Shown one piece after another: positions 11,050 through 21,666 of a stretch of 64,000 bases of DNA; positions within the stretch are counted from its first letter, which is position 1, and each line of letters opens with the position of its first letter. The translations under genes were made by a program, and so were the position numbers. The notes beneath the pieces are model-generated. The model saw only the letters and a program-made list of their open reading frames with translations. It was not told the DNA's origin and did no database searches. The stretch is from a candidate division WOR-3 bacterium. Its GTDB lineage: Bacteria > Hydrothermota > Hydrothermia > B15-G9 > WFZT01. The stretch spans positions 107,559-171,558 of the forward strand of contig JALUEE010000033.1 in the NCBI GenBank assembly GCA_027053075.1, in the 5' to 3' direction.

Positions 11050-11909
11050 CTTGTCAAAATATTGAGCCTATCCCGCGCCCTCGCTGCATATGGAGAACGT
11101 TTGTAAAATACGATGAGCTTTTCGTAGGTCTCGATGGCCTTATCGTAATCACCCTGTTGCTCATAGGAGAGTCCCAGATAGAAGAGGGCATCGTCCATGA
11201 TGGTGTATGGCTTGTTGAATTCAAGTACCTTTTTGAAATAGACGATTGCCGAATCATAAATTTGGCTTTCGTAAAACATTTTACCGATCTGGAAGAGTGA
11301 GTTTCCGTAGATCCAGTCTCTCTCGGCAAATTTGGGATCAGCGGCATTTATCACTTCAAGCACGTCTGAGTATCTTCCCACGTTGTAAAGGCATTTTGCA
11401 TAGGGGGCTGCCACATCCTGAAGGTCTCCGCCGCCCATGGACAGGTAGTTTTCATAGTATTCAACAGCCTTTTTGCAGTCCCCTTTCTTGTAGTAATAGT
11501 CTCCAAGAATTTTAAACCGGTGTCCTATGTTGTAAAATGGGTCAAACTGAACAACTCTCTCGAGGGCGTAGATGGCAAGTCTTCTCTCACCTTTCGCCAT
11601 TGCACTATCGGCAATTGCAAGAAGCAGGTTGATGTAATTTTTCTTGGTTTTACCGTATATAGACCTGTCCATGGTGTTCAAAGTCTTGAGAGCCTTGGTG
11701 TACTTCCCCCAGTTGAAATACACTCTGGCAAGCAAAATCTTATACTTTGGGGATAGACCATTGGCCTCTTCCTGCTCCAGTATCAGGGACTCGGCCTTTC
11801 TATACTGATGCTGCTTAATTAACTTTTCTACCTTTGATTCCACTGAGCCACCAAAGTTGCAAGCTCCGAATAATAATATCAAGAAGGGGATAATCCACGG
11901 TTTTTTCAT
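11046..11909 (-). CDS. Tetratricopeptide-repeat lipoprotein
   Basis: Lipobox LFGAC; several TPR units, e.g. DDALFYLGLSYEQQGDYDKAIETYEKLI. Confidence 0.85.
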   Translation of the reverse strand: MKKPWIIPFLILLFGACNFGGSVESKVEKLIKQHQYRKAESLILEQEEANGLSPKYKILLARVYFNWGKYTKALKTLNTMDRSIYGKTKKNYINLLLAIADSAMAKGERRLAIYALERVVQFDPFYNIGHRFKILGDYYYKKGDCKKAVEYYENYLSMGGGDLQDVAAPYAKCLYNVGRYSDVLEVINAADPKFAERDWIYGNSLFQIGKMFYESQIYDSAIVYFKKVLEFNKPYTIMDDALFYLGLSYEQQGDYDKAIETYEKLIVFYKRSPYAARARDRLNILTR

Positions 11910-11916
11910 GGATTTA

Positions 11917-11955
11917 ATTATAATCTTTGACCTGAGGTTCTGAAAGTTGTAAATT
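11917..11955. promoter_or_regulatory. Divergent promoter pair (TPR gene / hydrolase gene)
   Basis: Minus-strand TATAAT at 11917-11922, 7 nt before ATG 11909; plus-strand TTGACC-17-TAAATT (11927-11955), 6 nt before ATG 11962. Confidence 0.6.
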
Positions 11956-11961
11956 TAACCT

Positions 11962-12699
11962 ATGTGCCAGATGAAGCTTGAAAAGGCTGGTTCGAATTTA
12001 ATCGTATTTATCCACGGTTTCTTCGGGAATCTGGAAACGTTCAGACCACAGGGAGAATTTCTAAAAGAGTACGGATTTTCCTACGCCCTTGTTACCTACC
12101 CAAAGGTAGAATTCAGCCTGATTGACTTTGTGGACTGTGTCGTGGAGAAGCTACTGGACGTTGGAATGGAGAGATTCAGTGTCCTCGGCACCTCAATGGG
12201 TGGATTTGCGGCGCAGCTCCTCGCAGCGAGGTACAATTCCAGAATAGACTCTTTGATACTCTCCAACACATTCGCTTCAACGGCTGTTTTCAGGGAGAAA
12301 AACAAGTTTATCGCAATGATTGCCCCTTTGCTTCCCGAAGGCCTCATAAAATACTATCTGAAAAACGTGGTCAGAAAGGAGTATGGCAAGTACAAAGATG
12401 TGGGCAAGATTTTGCAACTGGTGGATAAAATTTCTAAAAAGGATGTGCTTGTGAGGTTAAAGGCACTACTTTCCATTGAGGCTGTGGAATTTGAGAAAAA
12501 TTTCCCGGTCGCAGTTTTAGACTCAGCCGATGATGTCACCATTCCAGAAGATGTTAAGTCTGAGCTGAGATTCAAGGCGAGACCTGATTTTGAATACACC
12601 TTCAAGTTCGGGGGACACTTCCCCTATATTTTCAATCGCAGCGAATACAACAGCATACTTTTGAACTTTTTAAAAGAAGTCTACTCTCTGGATATTTGA
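11962..12699 (+). CDS. Alpha/beta-fold hydrolase
   Basis: FIHGFFG oxyanion motif, GTSMGG nucleophile elbow, GGHFPY catalytic His. Confidence 0.88.
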   Translation: MCQMKLEKAGSNLIVFIHGFFGNLETFRPQGEFLKEYGFSYALVTYPKVEFSLIDFVDCVVEKLLDVGMERFSVLGTSMGGFAAQLLAARYNSRIDSLILSNTFASTAVFREKNKFIAMIAPLLPEGLIKYYLKNVVRKEYGKYKDVGKILQLVDKISKKDVLVRLKALLSIEAVEFEKNFPVAVLDSADDVTIPEDVKSELRFKARPDFEYTFKFGGHFPYIFNRSEYNSILLNFLKEVYSLDI

Positions 12700-13208
12700 G
12701 AGCGAATCTTCTCGATCATTTTGCGGTGAGTCGAGAAGGGAATCTCCGGAATTTTGTCAATGGGGAAGAATTTTGCATCAGCCGCATCGTCGCCTGCCCG
12801 GAGTTTGCCACCTGTAACGTTCAATCTGTATCCAATGGAAATAATCCAGCGGTATTTCGTACTGCTTTGTCCATAAATCCCTATGATATCCTTTACTTCA
12901 CCTTCCAGGCCTGTCTCCTCCCGAAGCTCGCGCTTTGCGGTTTCCTCTGGCTGTTCCCCGATCTCCATGTATCCAGATGGAAGGGCCCACATACCTTCAG
13001 CCGGTGGTACCCCACGCTTCACAAGTAGTATCTCGTTTTTCTCGTTCAAAACCACACAGGCCACAACGGGGACCGGATTTTCCCAGATCACCATCTCACA
13101 CTTGGGACAGTAGAGATGCTCCTTACCCTCAACAACCTTCTTCTCAAGGCGTGTGCCACACAGTGGACAGAATCTAAAGGGGTAAAATGGCTTTATTTTC
13201 TTCTCCAT
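12681..13208 (-). CDS. NUDIX hydrolase with N-terminal zinc ribbon
   Basis: FCPLCG..CPKC; Nudix box GYMEIGEQPEETAKRELREETGL. Confidence 0.92.
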   Translation of the reverse strand: MEKKIKPFYPFRFCPLCGTRLEKKVVEGKEHLYCPKCEMVIWENPVPVVACVVLNEKNEILLVKRGVPPAEGMWALPSGYMEIGEQPEETAKRELREETGLEGEVKDIIGIYGQSSTKYRWIISIGYRLNVTGGKLRAGDDAADAKFFPIDKIPEIPFSTHRKMIEKIRSQISRE

Positions 13209-13408
13209 GCTAAATAGCATAAATCCCGAAAGTAGCTACATCAATGGTGGAATTGAGCTTGTCCGAAAATTTTGTTTTCAAAACCTCTAAGAAGCTGGTC
13301 GTAATCTCGCAAATCATTGTAAACCAAGCTGGAAAATTCTTAATCACGCATACTGAGAATTTTCTGCAGAAACCGGTGAGCCTGGAGAGTTCAATGGGGA
13401 TTTTGATC

Positions 13409-13745
13409 AAGCTTGTTCGAAAAATCTTAAATTTTAGTTACCACCTTATTCGTCGAATCTTCGTAACCTCAACGATAATCACAGACAAGTCGGTAAATTT
13501 CCCCTCCTTCCAAAGGAAGGAGGGGTTAGGGGAGAATGGAAAAAATAAATGAACCTTATGTTTTACCGACTATAATTTCTCCATTCTACCACGACCCTCC
13601 CTTCCACAGGTAAGGGAGGGAGTTTCGCTACTTGTCATATCAAAACTAAAAAAATCTTGGATTACTTAATTTTTAGCATTACTTTTCATCTCACTCCACT
13701 CGCACCGCACAAAATTATAAACGGGGGATATTTTCGAACAGACTT
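13409..13745. mobile_element. MITE-like element with internal REP-like palindromes
   Basis: Terminal inverted repeats AAGCTTGTTCGAAAA...TTTTCGAACAGACTT; internal hairpins CCCCTCCTTCC-AAA-GGAAGGAGGGG (13501) and CCCTCCCTT..AAGGGAGGG (13595); no TSD seen. Confidence 0.55.
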
Positions 13746-14002
13746 GATTTGGGGTTTACTTTTTGTGGCTTTCCTGTATAATTTGGCATAATAAGCGATA
13801 AAAAGTGTTGTTCATTGAAATCAGTCCTTTTGGGAAGGTTATTGAAGTGCACATGGGGGTTACCTCCTTTTTCAGAATGGAGATTTTTGTTAGGAAAGAA
13901 GTATGTTGGGAGGTAGCCCCTGATGATAATTATGGAATTTTTGGGAAGCAATATATTTCCGAGTAGATTTTTGATGAATATCAGAAATTTGAGGAGGGAA
14001 AG

Positions 14003-14455
14003 ATGGAGAAAGGTAAAAGGGCTGATTATTATTGGTACATTGGTGGATTGGTATTTTTCTCACTTCTCGCCATTTTTCTTTTAATTGAGAGACTCAATTT
14101 CATAGCGGGATCACTTATTGCGACTATCCTGATAAACAGCTTGCTGTTCTGGTTGTATAAAATTTTCTCTCCCAACAGGGGTGACCTTCGTAAAGTAGGT
14201 TTATTTTCTCTCGGATTGGGGATCGTTCTCGGATTGATAAATTATGAATTCTTGAGACTCATCTCACTATCCTGGGATATCTATCTCACAGGAGCTCTGG
14301 TGCTTTTCCCCATGTTGATAGCAGTTATCCATACATATATAGAACTTGGTGCTGGAATCGGTCCAGGCCTGGTGCTGAAGCGTGTGATAATTTCTTCTAT
14401 CTTTATTGACCTATCCTTTCTTGGAGCAATTTGGGGATTGAAAATTGCGATTTAA
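14003..14455 (+). CDS. Hypothetical integral membrane protein
   Basis: GAGGAGG SD; about 5 hydrophobic segments. Confidence 0.7.
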   Translation: MEKGKRADYYWYIGGLVFFSLLAIFLLIERLNFIAGSLIATILINSLLFWLYKIFSPNRGDLRKVGLFSLGLGIVLGLINYEFLRLISLSWDIYLTGALVLFPMLIAVIHTYIELGAGIGPGLVLKRVIISSIFIDLSFLGAIWGLKIAI

Positions 14456-14500
14456 GGTTTGGTGGGGCGGGCCGCCGAAGGCGGCCCGCCCCACCAAACC
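14456..14500. terminator. Perfect 21-bp hairpin between convergent genes (bidirectional terminator or REP-like)
   Basis: GGTTTGGTGGGGCGGGCCGCC-GAA-GGCGGCCCGCCCCACCAAACC. Confidence 0.7.
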
Positions 14501-14527
14501 AATTAACTTACCACTTCAAAAACACTT

Positions 14528-16528
14528 TCACCTCAATTTGATAACTTTCCCTTCTATGGTTTTGTTCAAGCCATAAAAGTAAATTCCCTGTGGAGCTGGT
14601 TTACCGTTTTCGTCCCTTCCATCCCATTCAGCATGTCCATTTTTGATGGGAATTTCTCTCACGAGCCTGCCTGAGACGTCCAGAATCCGGATTTTTCCCG
14701 ATTTGATATTTGAAGGTGTGAGGAAACTTAATCTATTAGAAAATGGATTGGGAAATGCAGAAATAGTGAGAATATGTGAAGGCGAAATGTGTTCGGATAC
14801 ACCTACGTTTAATCCAAGCCACTGCAATACACGTCTTAATACAACTGTTCTTCCCGCATAGGTTGGTGGCAATTCACCGAGTCCCTCTATCCCAAAGCTA
14901 AAGAAGACCACCTTATAAGCTCCACTATATCTCACACCTGCGATTGAGTCAGTGTAGCCATTGTATGTAAACACCGGGTATGCATCTGCAGTGGGTTGTA
15001 TTACATCCTTTGAAGTCTGGTTCATTGCGCTATTTGGACCAGATGTAACAAGGCTCAGGCTGTTCCCTATAGGGTCGCCGTTCACACCATTTATGAATAT
15101 ACCGGCAAAATTTGGAGCCACGAAGCTTGCGTGCAAATAATTGGATAAAAATGAATTACCAGCGATGTTCTCTGCTATGTTCTGGCCTGTGATAAAGAGA
15201 TTACCTCCCTGATTTAGATACGCGGTTAAAACGTTTATCTCACCATTTGTCAATGAATTTGTAGTACTGTTGCCCGTGAACCACAGGACATACGGGTAAT
15301 TTGCCAGCCAATCGGCAGTAACATTACCTTCACTGACTTGATCCCACCTGTCATATATCGTTAATATCGAATCGAGATTGGGATATATGAAGTCCTCATA
15401 ATGGTCACCTTCATCATCGTCAATGACTATAAGTTGCGGGAAACCGATTTCAAGGGATATCGGTATGTCAATTGTATAGTTCTGTGCCTCGATGTGCAGA
15501 TTAAAGCTGGCTATGTGCACTTCTGCATTTGAGCTGACATTTATAACAAATGGATCTGATGAATTGTCAGCACTGCTTCCTGATGGAATGTCAGGGTAAC
15601 TGGAAACGGAGTCAACTACATTAACCGATGGGTCTGTGGTGCTTAAATATGCGGTAACGTTATTGGCATCCTGATAGTAATTCTCGTTGGCAATGGTGAT
15701 TATGATATTAGCATTTTCACCAGGTTCAACACGGCCATTGTTGTTCCCTGCTGAGTCATCAACCCGAAGGCCGGCAACATAAAGATTGGGATGGTTAATG
15801 GTAATGTGGCTGCCTGTAACCTGCAAAATTGCCTTTGTATTGTCATCCTGGAGAAACACTAAAAATTCACAGTTGGGAATTACCCACAACGTATCAACAG
15901 TAAAGGCCTGAGTATCAACTACGACCTGACCCGAATCAATTGAAATAGGTGTGCCATTTACATTTGGCAGCATGTCACGGAAGACATAATTGTGAACGCG
16001 CTCACCGTTTGGTGATGTGAAGTGAATATTAGACTCCACAATTGCATACCTCAATTTTAAGTTGTTGTAGTTCACAGCTCTATCTGCCTCTATTGTGGTT
16101 ATCATGTATCCAGTTCGATGTGCATCATCATAGTTAATTTCAAGTGTAAGGTTGATTGGTGTTACACTCCCCAGTTCGTTTAGTGTTAAGTTTTCCCAGG
16201 TTGAATACTGGTATCTTCCGTCAATGTTTCCGTTCACAAACAGATGAGGAGTGTAATTAACACCATAGTAGTTTATCCTCGCTCTGTTTTCCGAAATGTT
16301 GTATAAGTAAAATGGGTCACTGCTGTTTGGCCACCAGGCGTGATATTTTATACCGTAGACACCACTACTTCCGTGGCGAGCTATTATTGTGTCAAACTCC
16401 GCATCAGCAGGGGGACAGGATGGGCAACCATTATTGGTCACTTCTTCAAGTAAAACGTGCTTCGTGTAACCTGAAAGTGTCCCAATCACCAGGATTGGTA
16501 AAAAGATTTTATACAGCAAACTCCTCAT
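14528..16528 (-). CDS. Omp28-related (thioredoxin-fold CxxC) secreted protein with FlgD/T9SS-type C-terminal domain
   Basis: VLLEEVTNNGCPSCPPA, RINYYGVNYTP, HNYVFRDM; C-terminal FPNPF..WDGRDENGKPAPQGIYF. Confidence 0.85.
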   Translation of the reverse strand: MRSLLYKIFLPILVIGTLSGYTKHVLLEEVTNNGCPSCPPADAEFDTIIARHGSSGVYGIKYHAWWPNSSDPFYLYNISENRARINYYGVNYTPHLFVNGNIDGRYQYSTWENLTLNELGSVTPINLTLEINYDDAHRTGYMITTIEADRAVNYNNLKLRYAIVESNIHFTSPNGERVHNYVFRDMLPNVNGTPISIDSGQVVVDTQAFTVDTLWVIPNCEFLVFLQDDNTKAILQVTGSHITINHPNLYVAGLRVDDSAGNNNGRVEPGENANIIITIANENYYQDANNVTAYLSTTDPSVNVVDSVSSYPDIPSGSSADNSSDPFVINVSSNAEVHIASFNLHIEAQNYTIDIPISLEIGFPQLIVIDDDEGDHYEDFIYPNLDSILTIYDRWDQVSEGNVTADWLANYPYVLWFTGNSTTNSLTNGEINVLTAYLNQGGNLFITGQNIAENIAGNSFLSNYLHASFVAPNFAGIFINGVNGDPIGNSLSLVTSGPNSAMNQTSKDVIQPTADAYPVFTYNGYTDSIAGVRYSGAYKVVFFSFGIEGLGELPPTYAGRTVVLRRVLQWLGLNVGVSEHISPSHILTISAFPNPFSNRLSFLTPSNIKSGKIRILDVSGRLVREIPIKNGHAEWDGRDENGKPAPQGIYFYGLNKTIEGKVIKLR

Positions 16529-17095
16529 ATTTTGTACCTCCTTTGTCTGAAAAGTTTTTTGCTACTGGGACTTTAAATTCTAATGCTTTAAAAAGCCACT
16601 TTGTCTTTGTAAAACTATCAAAACCTACAAAGACATCCGAGGACGTCTCGAAGAGATCAGCTGTTTCTATGGCTCCAATATTCTCATTTTCTATGCCCTT
16701 GTTTGGTTTAATGGTTGTATCTATGCCCTGGTAAGCAGAAATATTGTGATCTTGCCTATGTATTTGTGTTTTGCACGGGTTGCAAGTTACAGGTGGGAAT
16801 AAGGGGATGGAAAAGGGCGTCAGGATAAACATGAAAAGGTTGTTGGAGCGTAGTCGTTTGAAAAGAAAGTCGAAAAATATTTCCTCTTTATCGAGCCGAA
16901 TAAATCTGGTGTATTCCACCCTGATATTTTAATTGGCCAATATATGCCGTGCAACAATTTCGGGTTTAATGAGCACCAATTGACATGCGCGGAAGTTGTA
17001 GATATATACTCGCCCCAGGATATGCCCATGGAATATAATCCTCCTTTCTATTTTCCCTCATAATTCGCACATGATGTTAAGTAGAATCCACCTTA

Positions 17096-17129
17096 AATAG
17101 TTGACCGTTTTAGTCAACTATTGTATAAT
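17096..17129 (+). promoter_or_regulatory. suf promoter overlapped by palindromic IscR/Rrf2-type operator
   Basis: AATAGTTGAC-CGTTTTA-GTCAACTATT perfect 10-bp arms; TTGACC-17-TATAAT. Confidence 0.8.
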
Positions 17130-17162
17130 GACATCTCATGAATTTATAGTGGAGGTGCGAAA

Positions 17163-17891
17163 ATGAGCGAATTTCGCGTGGAAAATCTTTTTGTTAAACC
17201 CAAAGAGGCAGATGAGATAACCATCAAAGGTGTGGATCTTTCTGTAAAGAGTGGTGAGCTCCATGTGATTATGGGGCCAAACGGAAGTGGAAAAACTACA
17301 CTTTCCCTTGGCATCATGGGAAGTGAGAGATACGAGATTGTTGACGGCAGAATATTTCTTGATGGAGAAGATATCACCAGTATGCCCATGGAGGAACGTG
17401 CCCTGAAGGGTCTTTTTATTGCGTATCAGGCCCCTCCTGAAATCCGGTCTGTTAATTTCCTCACCTTCCTCCGCGAAAGCCTGAAAATCAGAGGCAAGAA
17501 CGGAGACGATTCTATCATCAAACGAGCGTTTGCAAGGGTGGGACTGGATGATGATTTCCTTGACAGAGAACTCTATGTTGGATTTTCAGGTGGAGAGCGC
17601 AAGAGGGGAGAAATGGCTCAGCTACTGCTTTTCCATCCCAAGTTTGCCATCCTCGATGAACCTGACACAGGGGTTGATGTTGATTCCATGAGGCTTATTG
17701 CAGGGACCATAAACGAGGCCCTTGAGAAGGGCACTGGTATTGTACTCATTACACACTATGCCCGTATCCTCGAGCTACTCCCGGACGACTACCATGTTCA
17801 CGTGCTGATAGGTGGTAAGTTCAGGGCTCACGGTGGACCTGACCTTGCAAGGTCTATTGAGAAATCGGGCTTCGAGGGGTTTGGCTCATGA
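17163..17891 (+). CDS. sufC: Fe-S cluster assembly ATPase SufC
   Basis: GPNGSGKTTL, GFSGGERKR, LDEPDTGVD, ITHYARIL. Confidence 0.93.
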   Translation: MSEFRVENLFVKPKEADEITIKGVDLSVKSGELHVIMGPNGSGKTTLSLGIMGSERYEIVDGRIFLDGEDITSMPMEERALKGLFIAYQAPPEIRSVNFLTFLRESLKIRGKNGDDSIIKRAFARVGLDDDFLDRELYVGFSGGERKRGEMAQLLLFHPKFAILDEPDTGVDVDSMRLIAGTINEALEKGTGIVLITHYARILELLPDDYHVHVLIGGKFRAHGGPDLARSIEKSGFEGFGS

Positions 17892-19192
17892 GGAATTTTG
17901 CAAGAAAGGTCGGAGAGTTCAACAACGATCCGGAATGGGTGATAAAAATCAGGGAAGACGCAGAGAAATACATTGATACTGCTCCTTATCCCCCTTTTCT
18001 GCCGATTCTCGATCTTTCAAATTTCAATCCTCTGAAGCAGGATGCCCCAATAGAAATCCCCGAGATCAAAAGTCTTGATGACCTGCCAGAGAATATCAGA
18101 GAACTTCTTAAAAAAATGGGTGTTCCCGAGTACGAGTGGGCTAAAGTGCTTGGACTCCTGCAGGTTGATGAAACAAGCTCCACCTCCTCTTTTAAAGACT
18201 ACTTTGAAAAGATGGGCCTTGAAGTTCTCCCGATGTCAGAGGCGCTTAGGCGGTACGACTGGCTTCAGGATTACGCATTCAAACTGATGCCATATAAGGA
18301 GAACAAGTATGTAGCTTATCACACGGCTTACTGGAGTGGAGGGGCATTTATCAGGGTCAAGAAAGGAGTTAAAGTAAAGATTCCCGTGCATGCCTATTTC
18401 CTCATTACAGAAGGTGCACTTGCCCAGGCAGACCACGCTTTTGTACTTGCCGAGGAGGATTCAGAGGTCACATTCATTGAAGGATGTACAGCTCCACCAC
18501 TGGCGAGGTTTTCTGCCCATATGGGGGCAACTGAAATATACGTTAAAAAGGGCGCGAAGGTCAGAGGAATTGTGCTTCAGAACTGGCCCCATTACGTCCA
18601 CACGAGACCGTTTACGCATGCTCTGGTAGAAGAGGAAGGGGAACTTCATGTGGTTACCGCTGTTTTGGGTAATGGTGCATCGGCAGGCAGGTATGAGCTA
18701 ATAGATGTCGTTGGAAAAGGCGGTAAGGCTGTTGTAGAAAGCATAACTTTTACAAAAAAAGAGGAAGTTCTTGGCGACTATATCCACATTAACCTCAAGG
18801 CACCGGATACCTCAGGTTTGATAATAACTAAGGGAGTGACAAGGGACCACGGCCAGAATACATCAGCCACAGTTATTAAAGCTGATAAGAATGCAAAAAA
18901 TGCGAGGGGTCACATTGAGTGTGCGGGACTCCTTCTAACTCCTGGTGGCAAGCATGAAACCTACCCTGTGCTTTCATCCGAGCTTGGCAGTGTTCACCTT
19001 GATCACGAGGCTTATGTTGGCAGAATATCCGAAGAGGCGCTCGAATACATGAAATCAAGAGGGTTCACAGAAGAGGCGGCAGTAACATTACTCCTTAGAG
19101 GTTATATCCAGCCCATATTGAAGCACATTCCATTTGAATACGTGATGGAAATTATGAGAATCGCAGAAATGGTTGCTTCCGGGGAGGCGTGA
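17888..19192 (+). CDS. sufB: Fe-S cluster assembly protein SufB
   Basis: WSGGAFIRV, FIEGCTAP, LQNW, GHIECAGLLL, HEAYVGRI..YMKSRG. Confidence 0.88.
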   Translation: MRNFARKVGEFNNDPEWVIKIREDAEKYIDTAPYPPFLPILDLSNFNPLKQDAPIEIPEIKSLDDLPENIRELLKKMGVPEYEWAKVLGLLQVDETSSTSSFKDYFEKMGLEVLPMSEALRRYDWLQDYAFKLMPYKENKYVAYHTAYWSGGAFIRVKKGVKVKIPVHAYFLITEGALAQADHAFVLAEEDSEVTFIEGCTAPPLARFSAHMGATEIYVKKGAKVRGIVLQNWPHYVHTRPFTHALVEEEGELHVVTAVLGNGASAGRYELIDVVGKGGKAVVESITFTKKEEVLGDYIHINLKAPDTSGLIITKGVTRDHGQNTSATVIKADKNAKNARGHIECAGLLLTPGGKHETYPVLSSELGSVHLDHEAYVGRISEEALEYMKSRGFTEEAAVTLLLRGYIQPILKHIPFEYVMEIMRIAEMVASGEA

Positions 19193-20277
19193 CGATGAAA
19201 AAGGAAATTGTGGAATTTTTAGATATTTTGAACATTCCAGAGGACGAAAGAGAATTTGTTCTTGGAATACAAACAGAAAAATTGCCAGAGAAGTACGAAA
19301 AAGCTAAGGAAGATTTTTTACGTCTTGGCGTGCGTTTTGAGTTGTACGATAAGCTACCCGGGCATTTTAAGCCTTTTGAAGATTTTGAAGAGGCAAAAGA
19401 TTGGCTTAAAAATACAAAAGAATTTATACGGGTTGAAATCCCGGATGGTCTTGAGTTAACTGATCCCATGCCCATTTGCTGTTTTACGAAGGCACCTTCA
19501 CCCGGTAACCACCATATCAATCTTAGATTTGGTGCGAGATCCAAAGCCACCGTGGTGGTTGGAAGTACTGTACCCAAAATTACGGGAGATAGCGAGATCA
19601 GGAGCAACATGGAGCTGAATGTAGGTGAGGAGGCGGAGGTCAACCTCGTGATTCTCAATAGCTTCAGGAAAGAGGCCAAGGTGTTCCCTCTGGTTAGAGG
19701 TAAGATTGGGCATGGTGCAAAGATAAATATGACAGTGGTGAACCTATTTAACGGCAACAAACATTCAAGTGATTATCAGCTCATAGGTGGTGACAGAGTT
19801 GACGTTAAGCTCAATGTGATTTCCTTCTCAAGAAACAGTGACAGGGTAGAGGATTCATACAAAATCACTCTTAAGGGCAAGAAATCCCATGCACTACTGA
19901 GTATCAGGGGAGTTTCCAGAGATAGTTCCTATCAGAGACACATTGCAGTGATAGAGGCGGATACAGAATCAGAGAAGTCTATAGGAATTGCTGATACTGC
20001 CGGATTCCTACTTCAGGACGAGTCAAAATTCGAAGTCTGGCCCTCTTTGATTGTTAAAAATGACAATATCCACCTTGACCACCAGGCCTACGTGGGGCAC
20101 ATTCCCGATGAGACTATAGAATATTTGAGGTCCCGTGGATTTACGCGCGAAGGAGCCATGTTCTTGATTGTCCACAGCATGATTGCACCACTAAAATCTT
20201 ATCTACCACCTCGATTCCAGGATGAGATTGAAAAAATAGCCCGCTTATTGGTAGAGAATAAAATCCCTGAGATTTGA
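19189..20277 (+). CDS. sufD: SufD/SufB-paralog Fe-S assembly protein
   Basis: Beta-helix with PSLIVKNDN..HQAYVGHI..YLRSRG; follows sufCB. Confidence 0.8.
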   Translation: MTMKKEIVEFLDILNIPEDEREFVLGIQTEKLPEKYEKAKEDFLRLGVRFELYDKLPGHFKPFEDFEEAKDWLKNTKEFIRVEIPDGLELTDPMPICCFTKAPSPGNHHINLRFGARSKATVVVGSTVPKITGDSEIRSNMELNVGEEAEVNLVILNSFRKEAKVFPLVRGKIGHGAKINMTVVNLFNGNKHSSDYQLIGGDRVDVKLNVISFSRNSDRVEDSYKITLKGKKSHALLSIRGVSRDSSYQRHIAVIEADTESEKSIGIADTAGFLLQDESKFEVWPSLIVKNDNIHLDHQAYVGHIPDETIEYLRSRGFTREGAMFLIVHSMIAPLKSYLPPRFQDEIEKIARLLVENKIPEI

Positions 20278-20287
20278 TTTCAACACA

Positions 20288-20314
20288 GCCCCCTAAGAAT
20301 GGGGGCGCTTTTTT
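20288..20314 (+). terminator. Probable intrinsic terminator after sufD
   Basis: GCCCCC-TAAGAAT-GGGGGC followed by GC-TTTTTT. Confidence 0.6.
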
Positions 20315-20357
20315 AAATTTAATATCACTTTAAAAATGATATTTATGGAGGCGTGAG

Positions 20358-21653
20358 ATGGAACTTTTAAAGAACAAAGAGATGAAAAAGGAGAAACTGA
20401 AGGAGATTTTGAAGGCAATCCATCACGGAGAATCTCCAGATGAGTTGGTAAGAAAGTTCAGAGACGTGCTTTCTAATGTCTCCCCATTAGAGATTCCTCT
20501 TGTGGAGCAGGAACTTGTGAAAGAGGGGATCAAGCCCACTGAAATTGCCAGATTGTGTGATATACACGTTCAGATATTTAAGGAATCTGTTGCAGGTTCA
20601 GGGAAGTTTGACAATCTTCCTGATGGGCATCCTCTCAAAACTCTGTTTGAAGAAAACAGCCAGATTCTCAAGGATGCTGAGGTGCTCAATCTATTCGTGA
20701 ATTCACTGAGGAATGCCCGTGACGAGAAGATGAAGGCAGATATGCTTAAGAACATCAGATTCGTGATGCGCTCCATTGTGAATATTCCTCGAACCCACTA
20801 CAATCGCGAGGAGCTAATTCTTTTCCCATATCTTGAGAGGCGCGGTTTAAACGCAGTTCCCAGCGTGCTCTGGAAGAAGCACGATGAGATTCGCGGTAAA
20901 ATCAAAAAGTTTATGAAAATCCTCGAGCGTGAGGATGTGAATGAGATTTTCCAGGCAGGATATGACCTTGCAGAGAGTCTCGTGGATATGACTTTTAGAG
21001 AGAATAACATTCTTTATCCCACGGTTCTAAGTGTGTTCAGTGAAGGCGAATGGGTTGCTATAAAGGAACAGAGCGACAAAATTGGATACTACAAGGTTGA
21101 GCCCGGTGAGTTTAAGTCCGATGCCGAACCTGTTTATCCTTACCAGATCAATGAGGGAATAGATTTCAGCAAACTGCCTGAGCATATGCAGAAGGAGCTT
21201 ATGGACAAAGGTGTGACTCTTGTCCCGGATGGTTATAAGATACCGACTGAGAACGATTTCAGGCTTGATACAGGCTACCTCACTCCGGAGCAGGTCAATC
21301 TGCTTCTGAATTACCTGCCAGTGGATGTTACATTTATTGACGAGCACGACAGGGTGAAGTTCTTTAGCTCAAGACACAGGATATTTGATAGGGCTGAGAC
21401 GATTATCGGGAGACCTGTTCAGTTATGTCATCCCCCGAGTAGTGTGCATATTGTGAATAAGATTTTGAAGGCTTTTAAAACAGGTGAAAAGGACACGGCT
21501 GAATTCTGGCTCAATGTGGGCGATAGATTTATCCACATCCAGTATTTTGCCGTGAGAGATGAGGATGGGAAGTACAGTGGAACACTTGAGGTTACTCACG
21601 ATGCCACTCATGTTAGGAGTCTTGAGGGAGAAAAGAGGTTGCTCGATTGGTGA
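20358..21653 (+). CDS. DUF438 + hemerythrin-like + PAS domain protein
   Basis: LCDIHVQIF, GHPLKTL, HYNREELILFPYLE, LWKKHDEIR, ENNILYP, PVDVTFID..CHPPSS..GTLEVTHD. Confidence 0.88.
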   Translation: MELLKNKEMKKEKLKEILKAIHHGESPDELVRKFRDVLSNVSPLEIPLVEQELVKEGIKPTEIARLCDIHVQIFKESVAGSGKFDNLPDGHPLKTLFEENSQILKDAEVLNLFVNSLRNARDEKMKADMLKNIRFVMRSIVNIPRTHYNREELILFPYLERRGLNAVPSVLWKKHDEIRGKIKKFMKILEREDVNEIFQAGYDLAESLVDMTFRENNILYPTVLSVFSEGEWVAIKEQSDKIGYYKVEPGEFKSDAEPVYPYQINEGIDFSKLPEHMQKELMDKGVTLVPDGYKIPTENDFRLDTGYLTPEQVNLLLNYLPVDVTFIDEHDRVKFFSSRHRIFDRAETIIGRPVQLCHPPSSVHIVNKILKAFKTGEKDTAEFWLNVGDRFIHIQYFAVRDEDGKYSGTLEVTHDATHVRSLEGEKRLLDW

Positions 21654-21666
21654 ATTAATCAGAGAC

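Noticed and set aside
13210..13951. ORFs 13244-13552, 13210-13410, 13715-13951
   Set aside because: They run through MITE/REP sequence, lack recognisable motifs and start signals, and are probably spurious.
16509..17066. Short ORFs between the Omp28-like gene and sufC (16509-16919, 16820-17029 with AGGAGG upstream, and an interrupted plus-strand frame)
   Set aside because: Could be a decayed gene, but no family is recognisable and the frames conflict; not supportable without a homology search.
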